DNA of 64,000 nt from Candidatus Babeliales bacterium (GCA_963722255.1 CAVRJO010000001.1:128001-192000); one strand, 5' to 3'; shown: positions 10,616 through 20,764, numbered from the stretch's first letter. The notes: a model not told the origin generated them from the letters alone. Made by a program: numbers and translations.

Positions 10616-10724
10616 TTTTCAAAGAACTTTTTTGAGAAAAAGTGCAGTAATTAGAATTTCTTCTAGCTTCTCTACTCCCGTTCCTCTTATTTACAACTTT
10701 AGCATAAATATTTCTATTTGTCAA
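10616..10724 (-). promoter_or_regulatory. sigma70 promoter and boxA-like leader of the tmRNA-like RNA
   Basis: TTGACA (10719-10724), 17 nt, TAAAGT (10696-10701) with extended -10 TG; GTTCTTTGAAAA at 10616-10627. Confidence 0.75.
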
Positions 10725-10829
10725 GCAAAATTTGAAAATTGCATATTTTTCTCTGTAAACTCTAGAATTTTTGTCTAAAATCATGCTAGGTTAAAAAAAG
10801 CTAAGATAAAACTGCTTTATGGAGCTTAT

Positions 10830-11141
10830 ATGATAAAAAAGTGTATACTATTTTTATTGATTTGCATGAAAATACATGATTGTAGTTCAATGGGTAATAA
10901 CCGTAAAGATTCATCGGATGAAGATACATCTCAGCACGTCTACAATACTCGAGAGCTCTTCTCTTCAACTGAAATAAGTTTTTATGTTTCTCCTCCAACA
11001 AGTCCCCGAGACATAGTACCTACTAAACCTCACAAAAAACCAAACTGTTTTTTACAGTGCTTAAAAAAACTTTGTTGCTGTTTATGTTGTTGTAAAAAAA
11101 ATGACAAACGTCTCATTGTCAGTTATGACACTATTCAATAA
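10830..11141 (+). CDS. Secreted hypothetical protein with Cys cluster
   Basis: RBS ggag, signal peptide, CFLQCLKKLCCCLCCCKK. Confidence 0.7.
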   Translation: MIKKCILFLLICMKIHDCSSMGNNRKDSSDEDTSQHVYNTRELFSSTEISFYVSPPTSPRDIVPTKPHKKPNCFLQCLKKLCCCLCCCKKNDKRLIVSYDTIQ

Positions 11142-11215
11142 AGCAAAATTTATAATTCACTTTCACCATAAACATCAGTATACTGCTCATCGTTACTAAA
11201 TTATTATAGTATGAA

Positions 11216-12289
11216 TTGGATATAATGAAGCTGCCGATTGTATTCGTCTTGTACGATAGCATAACTAACTCTATTTTTGATTCTCAAATAGCACAACCTT
11301 TACTTCAGCAACAAACTGATCTTGGCACAGTAATCACCATTGTTAGCTTCGAAAAGAGAATGGTGACTCAAGAATTAAACACGATTGCACAGCAATATCC
11401 AACGCTCAATTTTATTTTTTTAAAAAATAGAATCTTCGTGCACAAAGCTTTACTCTCTACATTAGCAAACAAATTACATGCATTATTAAGTAAGCTTGCC
11501 TCATATAAACTCATAGCGCGAGGACCTATAGCAGGATATCTTTGCATGCAAGCTTTGCAAAAAACAAACTGTTTTGAATTCATTATTCAAGCGCGAGGAA
11601 TTTTGGCTGAAGAATATCGTTTTACCCATGCAAGAACAAACAATAATTACCTAAGAGCTCTTCATTACTTTCGTTCATATCAATTTGAAAAAGTCGAAAA
11701 ATCGGTCTATAGCAAACAAACTGCTTATGTTGTTCCAACAACAATAGAAGCAGTCAGTCCTGCATTAAAAGAATATCTCATACAACATTATCAGGCTGAT
11801 CCAAATATGATTCATATTGCGCAGATAGATATTCCTTTACCATTTTCGACCGACGTAATACAGAAATGGAGAAAAATCACTCGTTCTGAATTAGGTGTTT
11901 CTGAAAAAACCTCTATCTATTGCTATAATGGCTCATTAAAACCGTGGCAATGCCCTCAAGAAACCATCTCCTTTTTTAAAGAACAACTCATTAAAAATAC
12001 CGATGTGTATTTATTAGTTCTTACACAAGATAAACATGATTTTGAAAAAATCATTCAAAACTATTTGATTGATCCTACAAAATACAAAGTAATTACTGTT
12101 CCTCATAAAGAAATCTACCGTTATTTAGCCGGTTGCGATTCGGGAATCATATTCAGAGAGAAAAATAGTATAAACTGGACATCGCGACCTACAAAAATTT
12201 TAGAGTACCAAGCAGTAGGTCTTCCTATCATTCACAATAATACGATTGCAATGCTTCAGAATTCTTCTTCAATACAAGAAGTTCAGTAA
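11216..12289 (+). CDS. GT-B (family 4-like) glycosyltransferase
   Basis: YNGSLKPWQ, RYLAGCDSGI, SRPTKILEYQAVGLPII. Confidence 0.8.
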   Translation: MDIMKLPIVFVLYDSITNSIFDSQIAQPLLQQQTDLGTVITIVSFEKRMVTQELNTIAQQYPTLNFIFLKNRIFVHKALLSTLANKLHALLSKLASYKLIARGPIAGYLCMQALQKTNCFEFIIQARGILAEEYRFTHARTNNNYLRALHYFRSYQFEKVEKSVYSKQTAYVVPTTIEAVSPALKEYLIQHYQADPNMIHIAQIDIPLPFSTDVIQKWRKITRSELGVSEKTSIYCYNGSLKPWQCPQETISFFKEQLIKNTDVYLLVLTQDKHDFEKIIQNYLIDPTKYKVITVPHKEIYRYLAGCDSGIIFREKNSINWTSRPTKILEYQAVGLPIIHNNTIAMLQNSSSIQEVQ

Positions 12290-12825
12290 CATTTTGACAA
12301 AATTGGAGAAAGAACTCCTACAAATAAACAAATGGTAAAAACCAGTTCAGTCACAAGCACACCAACTCCTAAACGACTTACTAGGCTATTGGTTGACCTT
12401 ATTTTATCGCAATCTTCAATGTATCCATTGAGAGAGTTAATAAGAATTTTACTTCCTATTTTTTGAACGCTAGAATTTAGTTTAGCTATTTTATCATCTT
12501 TTTTACTATCTAAAAAATTATTTTTTTGATAGCGCATTAATTTTTTTAATAATCGATATTTTTTTGGTTTGTGCTCCTGTAATTCTGCAATATTTTTCTC
12601 CAAAAATGGCCTTATTGAAACAATGCCAATCAAAAAAGATCGTGATAAAAAATCGCAGATCTCTTTGTGCTCATTGAGGCAAGAAACAATGTGCGTATCT
12701 TTTGAACTATTTTCAATATCAACGTTTTCCTTCATTTCCATACCCATAAGAAAAGAAAAGTTCAAAACATATACAAGGGTTACCGTAAAAAAATATTTCA
12801 TCCTGGCTCCTTTATAGTTATGCAT
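12283..12825 (-). CDS. Secreted/membrane hypothetical protein with C-terminal TM helix
   Basis: Signal peptide ending LMG-ME; hydrophobic C-terminus; similar to the neighbouring split gene (ELQEHKPKKY vs ELKNKSPQEY). Confidence 0.65.
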   Translation of the reverse strand: MHNYKGARMKYFFTVTLVYVLNFSFLMGMEMKENVDIENSSKDTHIVSCLNEHKEICDFLSRSFLIGIVSIRPFLEKNIAELQEHKPKKYRLLKKLMRYQKNNFLDSKKDDKIAKLNSSVQKIGSKILINSLNGYIEDCDKIRSTNSLVSRLGVGVLVTELVFTICLFVGVLSPILSKCY

Positions 12826-13944
12826 AACAATTTAAAAAAAGAGGAAGAAACGTTGAAAGGATTCCAACACTACAGGTAATAAAACATACGGTGCATGCAC
12901 CACATATACTGTTGCGCCAACATCGTGAACTTTTAATTTTTAATTTTTTTTCATTTTCAATTTCTAACCATGCACCCATAAGCAGCTGAGCGAAACTTAT
13001 CTTCATCTGATTATCGGGATAGAAAAAATTCTTCTGAAATAACAGTTTTTTTTGAGAATCATTCTTATTGTTTTCAATAAGCTGTGCAATGCGATAATAT
13101 TCTTGGGGAGATTTATTTTTTAATTCTTCAACTTTCTCTTGCTCGAGAGGATCGATGTATTACAAGCCTAAACCTCAAAAAAATAATGATGCAATTATTA
13201 TGAATGAGCTACGTGAAATTTATCAAGAAACGCCTTCCTATGGCTATCGGCGCATGACAGTAGCTTTAAGAGAAAATGGTTTTTTGGTTAATCATAAAAA
13301 AGTTTTTATGTTGCTTAAGATAGCGGGCATCCAGGCCATTTACCCTCGCAAAAAAACAACCATACGAAATCAGGGGCACAAAGTATTTCCTTATTTATTG
13401 CGTGGGTTGCTTATTAATCGACCAAATCAGGTTTGGCAAGTAGATATAACCTATATAAAAATACGGGGTGGTTTTGTATATTTGGTTTGCTTAATTGATG
13501 TTTTTAGTCGAAAAATCATGGGATGGAAATTGTCAATTTCTCTTGATACAGCGTTATGCATAGAGGCGTTCAATAGTGCTTTGCAACATGGTATTCCAGA
13601 AATTGTTAATAGCGACCAAGGATGTCAATTTACCAGTGCTCTGTGAGGTTTTTAATATAGCGTTCTTTTCCAGTATGCTTTATACCAAAAAATTGTTCTG
13701 CCAAAGCGATTATATCGATTTCAACATTATCTTCAACATCATGTGAATTCATTGAAGTCGAACCGGATGAATATAATTCCTCATCCAGATCTTTGATCAT
13801 GCTGATCTCTTTTTTCTTCACTGATCTTCTTAAGGTATCTTTCCATGATCCTTCTTCAGATGAATAACCAGGTTTTTCCAATTCCATGCTCATTAATCTT
13901 AATGAAATGAACAGGGAAATTATGAGTAGATTACTTATTTTCAT
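12818..13944 (-). pseudogene. Secreted hypothetical gene split by an IS3 internal fragment
   Basis: ORF 13630..13944 (..ERYIKNL) joins in frame to QEKVEELKNKSPQEYY..MKISFAQ (12818..13142) when 500 bp are removed. Confidence 0.8.
13143..13645 (+). mobile_element. IS3-family transposase OrfB internal fragment
   Basis: SRGSMYYKP..YGYRRM..PNQVWQVDITY..YLVCLIDVFSRKIMGW..NSDQGCQFTS; both ends and IRs absent. Confidence 0.9.
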
Positions 13945-14070
13945 ACAAAACTCTTCTTATAGACTTTCTATGACTATAAGAGTTTTTACAAAGTTGATGC
14001 AATGGTTTTCTATTTAAAAAAAGGAAATAGTGTAATCAAATATTGTAACTACTCATAAAATAAAAAAATT

Positions 14071-15342
14071 TTAGATAAGCAATCCGACGATCATTGCAGA
14101 AAGCAAATTGGATAATGATCCACCAAGCACAGCTAATACGCCTAATTCGGTAAGCCATTCTCTTTTTTCGGGAACTAATGAACCAATGCCACCAATTTGG
14201 ATACCAATGCAAGAAAAATTGGAAAACCCGCACAATGCATACGTCAATAATGCAACTGACCGTTCAGAGAAGTTTTGTGACAACAAATGCCCATAGGCAA
14301 TAAGCTCATTAATGGTCACTTTTATCCCCAGCAAATTCCCGGCTTTCAATGCTTCTTGGCCTGTAAAACCAAGCAAGTAACCAAACGGAGAAAACAGCCA
14401 TGAAAAGATATATGACAAATTTATTATTGGAAATTGCACCGATAATCCTAGATACTGCAAAAGCTCCTGTACCTGTAATGAGGAAAACTCAAGAACTTTA
14501 TTAAATAATGCAATAAGTGAAATAAACGAAACCAACATTGCGCCAACATTGAGCGCAAGATATAATCCATCAGTTGTTCCTGTTGAAATAGCATCAAGTG
14601 CATTTTTTGATGAACTGGTAACTGCATGAGCACCTGCTGCTGTTTCTGGTTTTTCAGTTTCAGGATACAATATTTTAGCTATCATTAGGGTACCGGGAAT
14701 CGCCATGATACTTGCTGTTAATAAATGCACGGCAGGAATTCCCATAGCAGCAAAAACCATAAGAATTGCACCACTAATGGTACCCATACCACTCACCATG
14801 ACAACAACAATTTCGGATTTGGTCATATTTTTTAAATAAGTACGCACTAATAACGGCGCTTCTGTTTGGCCTAAAAAACTATTTGCAATAGCACATAACG
14901 TTTCAGCTCCTGAAGTGCCTAAAAGAGGTCGCATTATAAAACTCATCGCAGAAACAATCTTTTGCACAATTCCAAGATAAAAAAGCAATGACATAAGTGC
15001 ACCAAAAAAAATGATAAGAGGCAAAACCTTAAAGGCAAAAATAAATGCCCATGCCCCCGATGCATCAATTAAATTCCCAAATAAAAAACGAGAACCTTCA
15101 TCAGCACAACAATAAATTTTATTAATACCATCTGCCAAAGCATGTACAATGCTCACTCCAATTGAAGTTTTTAGCATACAAAATGCTAAAACAATTTCTA
15201 AAAGCAATGCCTTAACAATTAAAAGATAATTTATTGAACTTCGCTTGCGGGACGCCAGAATCGCAATGCCAAGAATTATAAAAATGCCCAAAAGATTACA
15301 ATAACGATTATACTGTAGCAAATATGATATCATAAATCTCAT
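14071..15342 (-). CDS. nupC: Concentrative nucleoside transporter (NupC/CNT)
   Basis: FAFKVLPLIIFFGAL, GTSGAETL, FLGQTEAP, YALCGFSNFSCIGIQIGG. Confidence 0.93.
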   Translation of the reverse strand: MRFMISYLLQYNRYCNLLGIFIILGIAILASRKRSSINYLLIVKALLLEIVLAFCMLKTSIGVSIVHALADGINKIYCCADEGSRFLFGNLIDASGAWAFIFAFKVLPLIIFFGALMSLLFYLGIVQKIVSAMSFIMRPLLGTSGAETLCAIANSFLGQTEAPLLVRTYLKNMTKSEIVVVMVSGMGTISGAILMVFAAMGIPAVHLLTASIMAIPGTLMIAKILYPETEKPETAAGAHAVTSSSKNALDAISTGTTDGLYLALNVGAMLVSFISLIALFNKVLEFSSLQVQELLQYLGLSVQFPIINLSYIFSWLFSPFGYLLGFTGQEALKAGNLLGIKVTINELIAYGHLLSQNFSERSVALLTYALCGFSNFSCIGIQIGGIGSLVPEKREWLTELGVLAVLGGSLSNLLSAMIVGLLI

Positions 15343-15376
15343 CCCGAATGTCTAGAGTGTCTATAAAAAATCTATT

Positions 15377-16474
15377 TTATTTTTTTACTGTTAATGCCGC
15401 AAGTGCTTGTTGTTTTTTACGCTCTTGTCGGCCATAAATGATGAGTGCATCTATAATTTCATCAAGATCACCTTCCATCACCATATCAAGTCTTTTTAGA
15501 GTAAGATCAATTTGATGATCAGTAATTCGATTTTGAGGATAATTATAAGTACGTACTTTTTCAGAGCGTAACGCTCCTCCAACCATCTCTTTTCTTTTTT
15601 GGCTTTGTTCAGCTTCATGCTTTTCTTTTTGCGATGCAAGAAGACGAGCTTGAATAATTTTCATCGCTTTAGCTCTATTTTTATGCTGCGACCGCTCATC
15701 CTGGCAGGCAACAACAATGCCTGACGGAATATGCGTAATGCGCACTGCTGAGTCCGTTTTATTGACATGCTGCCCACCGGCACCACTTGCTCGGTAGGTA
15801 TCAATACGTAAATCAGAAGGGTTTATTGCAATATCAACTTCTTGCCCTTCAGGCAATACAGCAACAGTTGCCGTTGACGTATGTATTCTTCCTGCTGTTT
15901 CTGTTTGCGGAACCCGTTGCACGCGATGAACGCCAGACTCATATTTTAAATGAGCGAACACTTTTTTTCCTTGAATATGCAAAATAGCTTCACGTATTCC
16001 ACCCAAATCAGTTGAACTTGAATCAACCAAAGAAACTTCCCACCCTTTTGAAAGAGCATAGTTGGAATACATCTTAAGAAGATCTCCCGCAAAAAGAGCA
16101 GCTTCTTGTCCACCGGTTCCCGCTCGAGTTTCAAGAAAAACGGAAGTATCATCAAGAGGATCCGGAGGATATAATACCTCATCAAGTTCATTCTGATGCA
16201 CTTTAAGCTTTTGCTCAACAGCAAGAACCTCTTCGGCAAAAAGCTCAATTAATGCAGGATCTGTGGCATTTGCTTGTTGTTCTTTAAGCTCATTAAGTTC
16301 GCGCTGTGTTGCTTCAATCGCTTCATGAATCCCAAGAAGATTCTTAAGATATGAATGCTCCCTCTGAATTTCTTGACGTTGCATGACTTCAAGTGAGGGT
16401 TGAAGCAATTTTTGCTCTAGCTGGCTATACCGCTCTTGTAACTGTTCCCATTGAATATCCATAGGTTGTTGCAA
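15377..16474 (-). CDS. prfA: Peptide chain release factor 1
   Basis: RAGTGGQEA, ESGVHRVQRVPQTE (PxT), ASGAGGQHVNKTDSA; follows rpmE. Confidence 0.96.
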   Translation of the reverse strand: MQQPMDIQWEQLQERYSQLEQKLLQPSLEVMQRQEIQREHSYLKNLLGIHEAIEATQRELNELKEQQANATDPALIELFAEEVLAVEQKLKVHQNELDEVLYPPDPLDDTSVFLETRAGTGGQEAALFAGDLLKMYSNYALSKGWEVSLVDSSSTDLGGIREAILHIQGKKVFAHLKYESGVHRVQRVPQTETAGRIHTSTATVAVLPEGQEVDIAINPSDLRIDTYRASGAGGQHVNKTDSAVRITHIPSGIVVACQDERSQHKNRAKAMKIIQARLLASQKEKHEAEQSQKRKEMVGGALRSEKVRTYNYPQNRITDHQIDLTLKRLDMVMEGDLDEIIDALIIYGRQERKKQQALAALTVKK

Positions 16475-16497
16475 TTTCGTTTAAAAAAGACCTATTA

Positions 16498-16710
16498 TTA
16501 GGCTCTTTTAATACCTTTTTTAAAGCGTTTTTCAAACTTTTCAATTCTTCCAGCAGTATCAAGGAACTTTTGTTCGCCGGTATAATAAGGATGACATGCA
16601 GAACAGATTGTTGCTCTGATATCAGTCAATGTTGATTGTGTAGTAAATGAATTGCCGCATGCACAATGTGCAACAACTTCATGCATTTCGGGATGAATAG
16701 CTTGTTTCAT
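16498..16710 (-). CDS. rpmE: 50S ribosomal protein L31 (Zn-binding type)
   Basis: [27 protein letters not shown]. Confidence 0.97.
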   Translation of the reverse strand: MKQAIHPEMHEVVAHCACGNSFTTQSTLTDIRATICSACHPYYTGEQKFLDTAGRIEKFEKRFKKGIKRA

Positions 16711-16941
16711 AAGAAAAACTCCTAATAATCATATAATGAATCTAAGTACCAATTAGTATCTCTAAAATCCAATATCTTGTAAAGTTACTAGTATAAAAAC
16801 TCCTATTCCAATTTTTTATGTTTTTTACCTGTCTAACTTATTTTTTTTAAAAATTATTTACAAATATAAATATTTATTGATCTAATGTCAAGCTTTATGG
16901 TACCTTTATAATAGAAATTATGTAAAATAGAGGCATTTATT

Positions 16942-17898
16942 ATGAAAAAACAGTTAAAATTGATAAAAATTATCATAATTCCAGTAATATGCATACTTTG
17001 CATGCCTTTTACTAAGGCTACGGCTCCTTTTGGTAGATGCCAACAACCTATTCTTAAAAAAGCACCCGCTAAAGCTCCTGTAAAAAAGATTGGCGATTGG
17101 TCGCTTATCGAAGAACCTCAAGAAGTTCCGCTTTCTGAAGATACGCTTCTTGCAACGATTAAAGAAACGGCTTTTTTTGCTATAGATTCTGAAAATTTCG
17201 AATCATTTAATAGATGGGTAAATTTACTGAGCTGTATATATAATTGGATGGAACAATCGAAATCTTCCGCTAAAAAGCAGTATCTTAAAGATTTAGAGCA
17301 ATTGTATTTGATATCTGATTTTGCAAATCTTCTAGCGAGAGAATTTTCAGATGCAAAATCTCATACTGATGTTCAAAAAAATGCATGGAAAGAAACAGCT
17401 CAAACCATGATACATAAATTGGTAGCCATAACTGCTTCTACCTTATCCATTTTTGAAAAAACATCCGACAACTCATCAGCATGGAAAAAAACGGTTCCTA
17501 AACCATCAGAATTAGAATCGTTACATAGAAAATATGGTAACATTTTAGATAATAAACCAACAAAAGAATCTTATGACATTTATTTTAAAAATTATATTGC
17601 AAATAATGTTTTTTCTGGAAAAACATTAAAATCGATTGTTGATGACCTTGAAAAAATTATCTATCGCTATAATCATAGCTACTTTCATAAATCAAGCGAA
17701 GTAGCACTTGCTCAATTCTGCCAAAAATTTCTTGCATATATACAAAACCATTTTGGTAATGGTTTATTTTTTAGCTCAGATTCATACCTGGATAGATTTA
17801 AAAACAGCAAAGATATTGCCTCAAAAACGATACTAACAATTTCAAAGGAACTATTCGATTTCTTTCATAAATTTATAACCAAAATAAGTAGAAACTAG
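16942..17898 (+). CDS. Secreted hypothetical protein
   Basis: 318-aa ORF with signal peptide. Confidence 0.7.
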   Translation: MKKQLKLIKIIIIPVICILCMPFTKATAPFGRCQQPILKKAPAKAPVKKIGDWSLIEEPQEVPLSEDTLLATIKETAFFAIDSENFESFNRWVNLLSCIYNWMEQSKSSAKKQYLKDLEQLYLISDFANLLAREFSDAKSHTDVQKNAWKETAQTMIHKLVAITASTLSIFEKTSDNSSAWKKTVPKPSELESLHRKYGNILDNKPTKESYDIYFKNYIANNVFSGKTLKSIVDDLEKIIYRYNHSYFHKSSEVALAQFCQKFLAYIQNHFGNGLFFSSDSYLDRFKNSKDIASKTILTISKELFDFFHKFITKISRN

Positions 17899-17899
17899 T

Positions 17900-18525
17900 T
17901 ATATCGCCCCAGTCAAGCTGGGGGCTTGACGGCTGTGAGCAGTCCCAAGGACTGCCAGAGTTTAAGTTTTAATTAAAAATTCCTGTCTTCATCAAAGCCT
18001 AGACCATCTAGTCTATCTTGATTTGCTACATATTGCTTTGATCGTATTCACTTCAAAACCAACAGTTGAAACGGCATAACCTCGAGCCCACAACGCCTCG
18101 CCGTTAAAGTTTTTTTGCCTATCCGCTAAATTGCCTAGCAACCGCAATAGCGCTTTTGCCTTTAATATAACCTATTATTTCCGAAACTGAATATTTCGGC
18201 GGTATGCTTATAAACATATGCACATGATCTTGAACCATATTCCCAGAAATAATTTTACACTCTTTTTGTGCAGCTAACTCATGAAATTTAGTTCGCTAAA
18301 AATTTCTTAATTTCTCCATACAATATCTTCCTCCTAATTTTGGAACAAATACGATATGGTATTTGCAGTCCCATTTAGAATGATTTAAACTTTCATATGA
18401 TGTTTCCATGATATATTTACTTTCGAGCCGTCAAGCCCTTAAGTAATTTATCATGGGGAACATTTTTTTACACTAAATCCAAGGGCCAAACCTTGATAGT
18501 CACACTAGTCAAACTAGTGGTTTAC
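17900..18525 (-). mobile_element. tnpA: IS200/IS605-family element with frameshifted tnpA
   Basis: Minus strand from 18409: METSYESLNHSKWDCKYHIVFVPK..DHVHMFISIPPK..LWARGYAVSTVG in broken frames; terminal hairpins at 17906-17925 and 18503-18519. Confidence 0.85.
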
Positions 18526-18558
18526 CTATCTTTCAATTATTAAAAAAAGGAGAAAATC

Positions 18559-18786
18559 ATGAAGAAACTTTTATTATTACTCAGCATTACAGCATGTGCA
18601 CTTACAAGCAACCTTCAAGCAAGTGCCGATTTAGGGGAACTTACCGAACCATTAGGCTCAAAAGAAGATTGTGGAAGTTTGCAAACAGATATTAAGTCAT
18701 TAGAAAAAAAGCCTAAAAAAACCAAAGATGATATTGTAAAATTAAATACACAAAAGTTTTATTCTAATAAATATAAGTGTAAATAA
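18559..18786 (+). CDS. Small secreted hypothetical protein
   Basis: Strong RBS aaggag, signal peptide. Confidence 0.7.
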   Translation: MKKLLLLLSITACALTSNLQASADLGELTEPLGSKEDCGSLQTDIKSLEKKPKKTKDDIVKLNTQKFYSNKYKCK

Positions 18787-18813
18787 AAGCTTAAAGCAAA
18801 ATTTAAAAAATAA

Positions 18814-19893
18814 TTGTTTGAGGGGACGAAAATGTTAAAAAAATTCACAATAACTTTCTTAGTTATAACGCTCTGCATTGCAAATACTATGCACGCCAAT
18901 GGTGTTTGCACAGGCGATACCTATGAATATCTGAAAGGGTTAACGGGGAAAAAACTCGTGGACTATATCGAGCATCTGGGTGAACAGGCTTTTCTCATTA
19001 CTGATTTATATAAACCGTTAGATCTTAAGAACAAATCGGCTGTTGATGAGGGCTTTAAAAAATGGGAAAATTTTACAACATGTTTTAAGTCATGGTTTAA
19101 GAATACAAACCCAAAATATTATGAACAATTTTATCAACTCGGTGCATGGTCTTCATATAAATACTTGTTGATTGATTCAGATGATGCATTTGATACTATA
19201 AAAACCAATTATTTAATGCTAAATGACAAAAACAAACTAGGTCAAATAAAAAACAATTTAAATACAAGCATCAAAAAACTTGCTGAAACTCTTGAACATA
19301 CCTATGATTCATTAACAGAGCTTTCAAGTAAAAACATGCAAGAAAAATTGCCTGAAGCAGTTGCAGATGAGTATAAAATAGCAACAGGAATCACTTTTGA
19401 TCCAATTACATTTTTAACAGAATATAAAAAATCAAAGTTGTATATAGAAAAAGTAAAAAATAAAAATAAAAAATCATCGGAAATATCACCTGAAGAGGTT
19501 TTTGGAATTTTGAAAAATGTTATGCACGTTATAGATTATAAAATATCAACACAAATTCCAGAGCTTGAAGCAAACAGACAACAGGCAATAACAACCTTTA
19601 TCAATATGATCGAAGAGCTTATATATCAATCTAACCGTATAAATAAAGCAAGAAGATTTTGGCACACAAAGCCTAAGCCTAAATATTTGCTCAGCAGCTC
19701 ACAAATACGAGATATGGAAGAAATTGTTGCAAAACTCTATGCCCTTTATCCAGCTATTATCACTGAGTCATTAGAACAAAGACTTAACAGCTCTGATAAG
19801 TATGATATCTTATTTTTTGCTCAAGCACGAATGATGATGATTGTCTTGCGATCATATTTGCGAACAGTTAATGCGTTATTACAAAATAAATAA
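18814..19893 (+). CDS. Secreted hypothetical protein
   Basis: 359-aa ORF with signal peptide. Confidence 0.7.
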   Translation: MFEGTKMLKKFTITFLVITLCIANTMHANGVCTGDTYEYLKGLTGKKLVDYIEHLGEQAFLITDLYKPLDLKNKSAVDEGFKKWENFTTCFKSWFKNTNPKYYEQFYQLGAWSSYKYLLIDSDDAFDTIKTNYLMLNDKNKLGQIKNNLNTSIKKLAETLEHTYDSLTELSSKNMQEKLPEAVADEYKIATGITFDPITFLTEYKKSKLYIEKVKNKNKKSSEISPEEVFGILKNVMHVIDYKISTQIPELEANRQQAITTFINMIEELIYQSNRINKARRFWHTKPKPKYLLSSSQIRDMEEIVAKLYALYPAIITESLEQRLNSSDKYDILFFAQARMMMIVLRSYLRTVNALLQNK

Positions 19894-19905
19894 AAGACCT
19901 AAATT

Positions 19906-19943
19906 ATTTGAGCCCATATTTTAACTTATATATGGGCTCAAAA
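19906..19943. terminator. Bidirectional terminator
   Basis: tttgagcccatat..atatgggctcaaa. Confidence 0.75.
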
Positions 19944-19944
19944 T

Positions 19945-20532
19945 CTAAAGATAAAACTTTGCAATCTCTTTATATTCTGATCGATCTGATGAAAAGAGAA
20001 TAAGTATGTCAGTTCCTACACAAAAGGCTTCTTGAAATTCTTGTTCGATTTCATCCAAGATCTCTGTGGCCCTTCTAGTGAAATCATTATACTTTTGCGG
20101 CTCAATTTTTTTTATTCGAGCAACAGTAACATGAGGCAAGAAAGACCTTGTCTCCTTCTGATTGATATCAAATGAACGGGCAAAAAGAGCATGGAGATTG
20201 GATAAGAGCTCAGAGGGCTCTAAAATAATGGCTATAACACCATGCCCAATAATTTTTATTGAAATTCTTGAGGTATATTCTAGAAGTGAACCTAATCCAT
20301 ATTTCTTTATATGCAAATCAATATCCAAACCGCATCTATTTTGTAGTGCGAGATTATCAGCTTGTGGTTTTTCGCCCAAAAAAAATAGGGTCATATGAAT
20401 GTGATTTTGCGGTTTAAGAGTACCATTATATTCTGTAACAAGAGGCTGTAATTGTTCCATAATCTTTTGTTGCAAAAATCTAAAAAATTGATGACCATCA
20501 TAAGAAATTGCAATGAATAAACGATTATGCAT
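19945..20532 (-). CDS. 2H phosphoesterase (RNA 2',3'-cyclic phosphodiesterase / LigT-like)
   Basis: RLFIAI, HIHMTLFFLG and FLPHVTVAR (two HxT motifs). Confidence 0.88.
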   Translation of the reverse strand: MHNRLFIAISYDGHQFFRFLQQKIMEQLQPLVTEYNGTLKPQNHIHMTLFFLGEKPQADNLALQNRCGLDIDLHIKKYGLGSLLEYTSRISIKIIGHGVIAIILEPSELLSNLHALFARSFDINQKETRSFLPHVTVARIKKIEPQKYNDFTRRATEILDEIEQEFQEAFCVGTDILILFSSDRSEYKEIAKFYL

Positions 20533-20560
20533 CAGCCTCTCGTATATATTGATCAGCTTA

Positions 20561-20764
20561 TTACTTAATTTTTGCAGCCCACATAAGTAAGCCTACAGAA
20601 ACTGCTCCATTAAATAAGGCAGCTAAAAGAGTAAGCTGTGGCGTTAGGGTGATAAAAAAAATGTGTAAAGGAAGAAGTCCTGAAAAATAGAATAAGAGAT
20701 GGCTCCATGCATGGAAAGCTTCTACTCCCGCAAAAAAAATTAATAGATCTCTTTTTGAAAACAT
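20561..20764 (-). CDS. Small membrane protein
   Basis: RBS aaggag; two hydrophobic segments. Confidence 0.7.
   Translation of the reverse strand: MFSKRDLLIFFAGVEAFHAWSHLLFYFSGLLPLHIFFITLTPQLTLLAALFNGAVSVGLLMWAAKIK

Noticed and set aside
10280..10778. ORFs 10280..10471 and 10533..10778 as proteins
   Set aside because: They lie antisense to the structured RNA and its promoter and show no protein-like features.
12283..13006. CaaX prenylation motifs at the C-termini (SKCY, NCYA)
   Set aside because: Cys is not at the -4 position.
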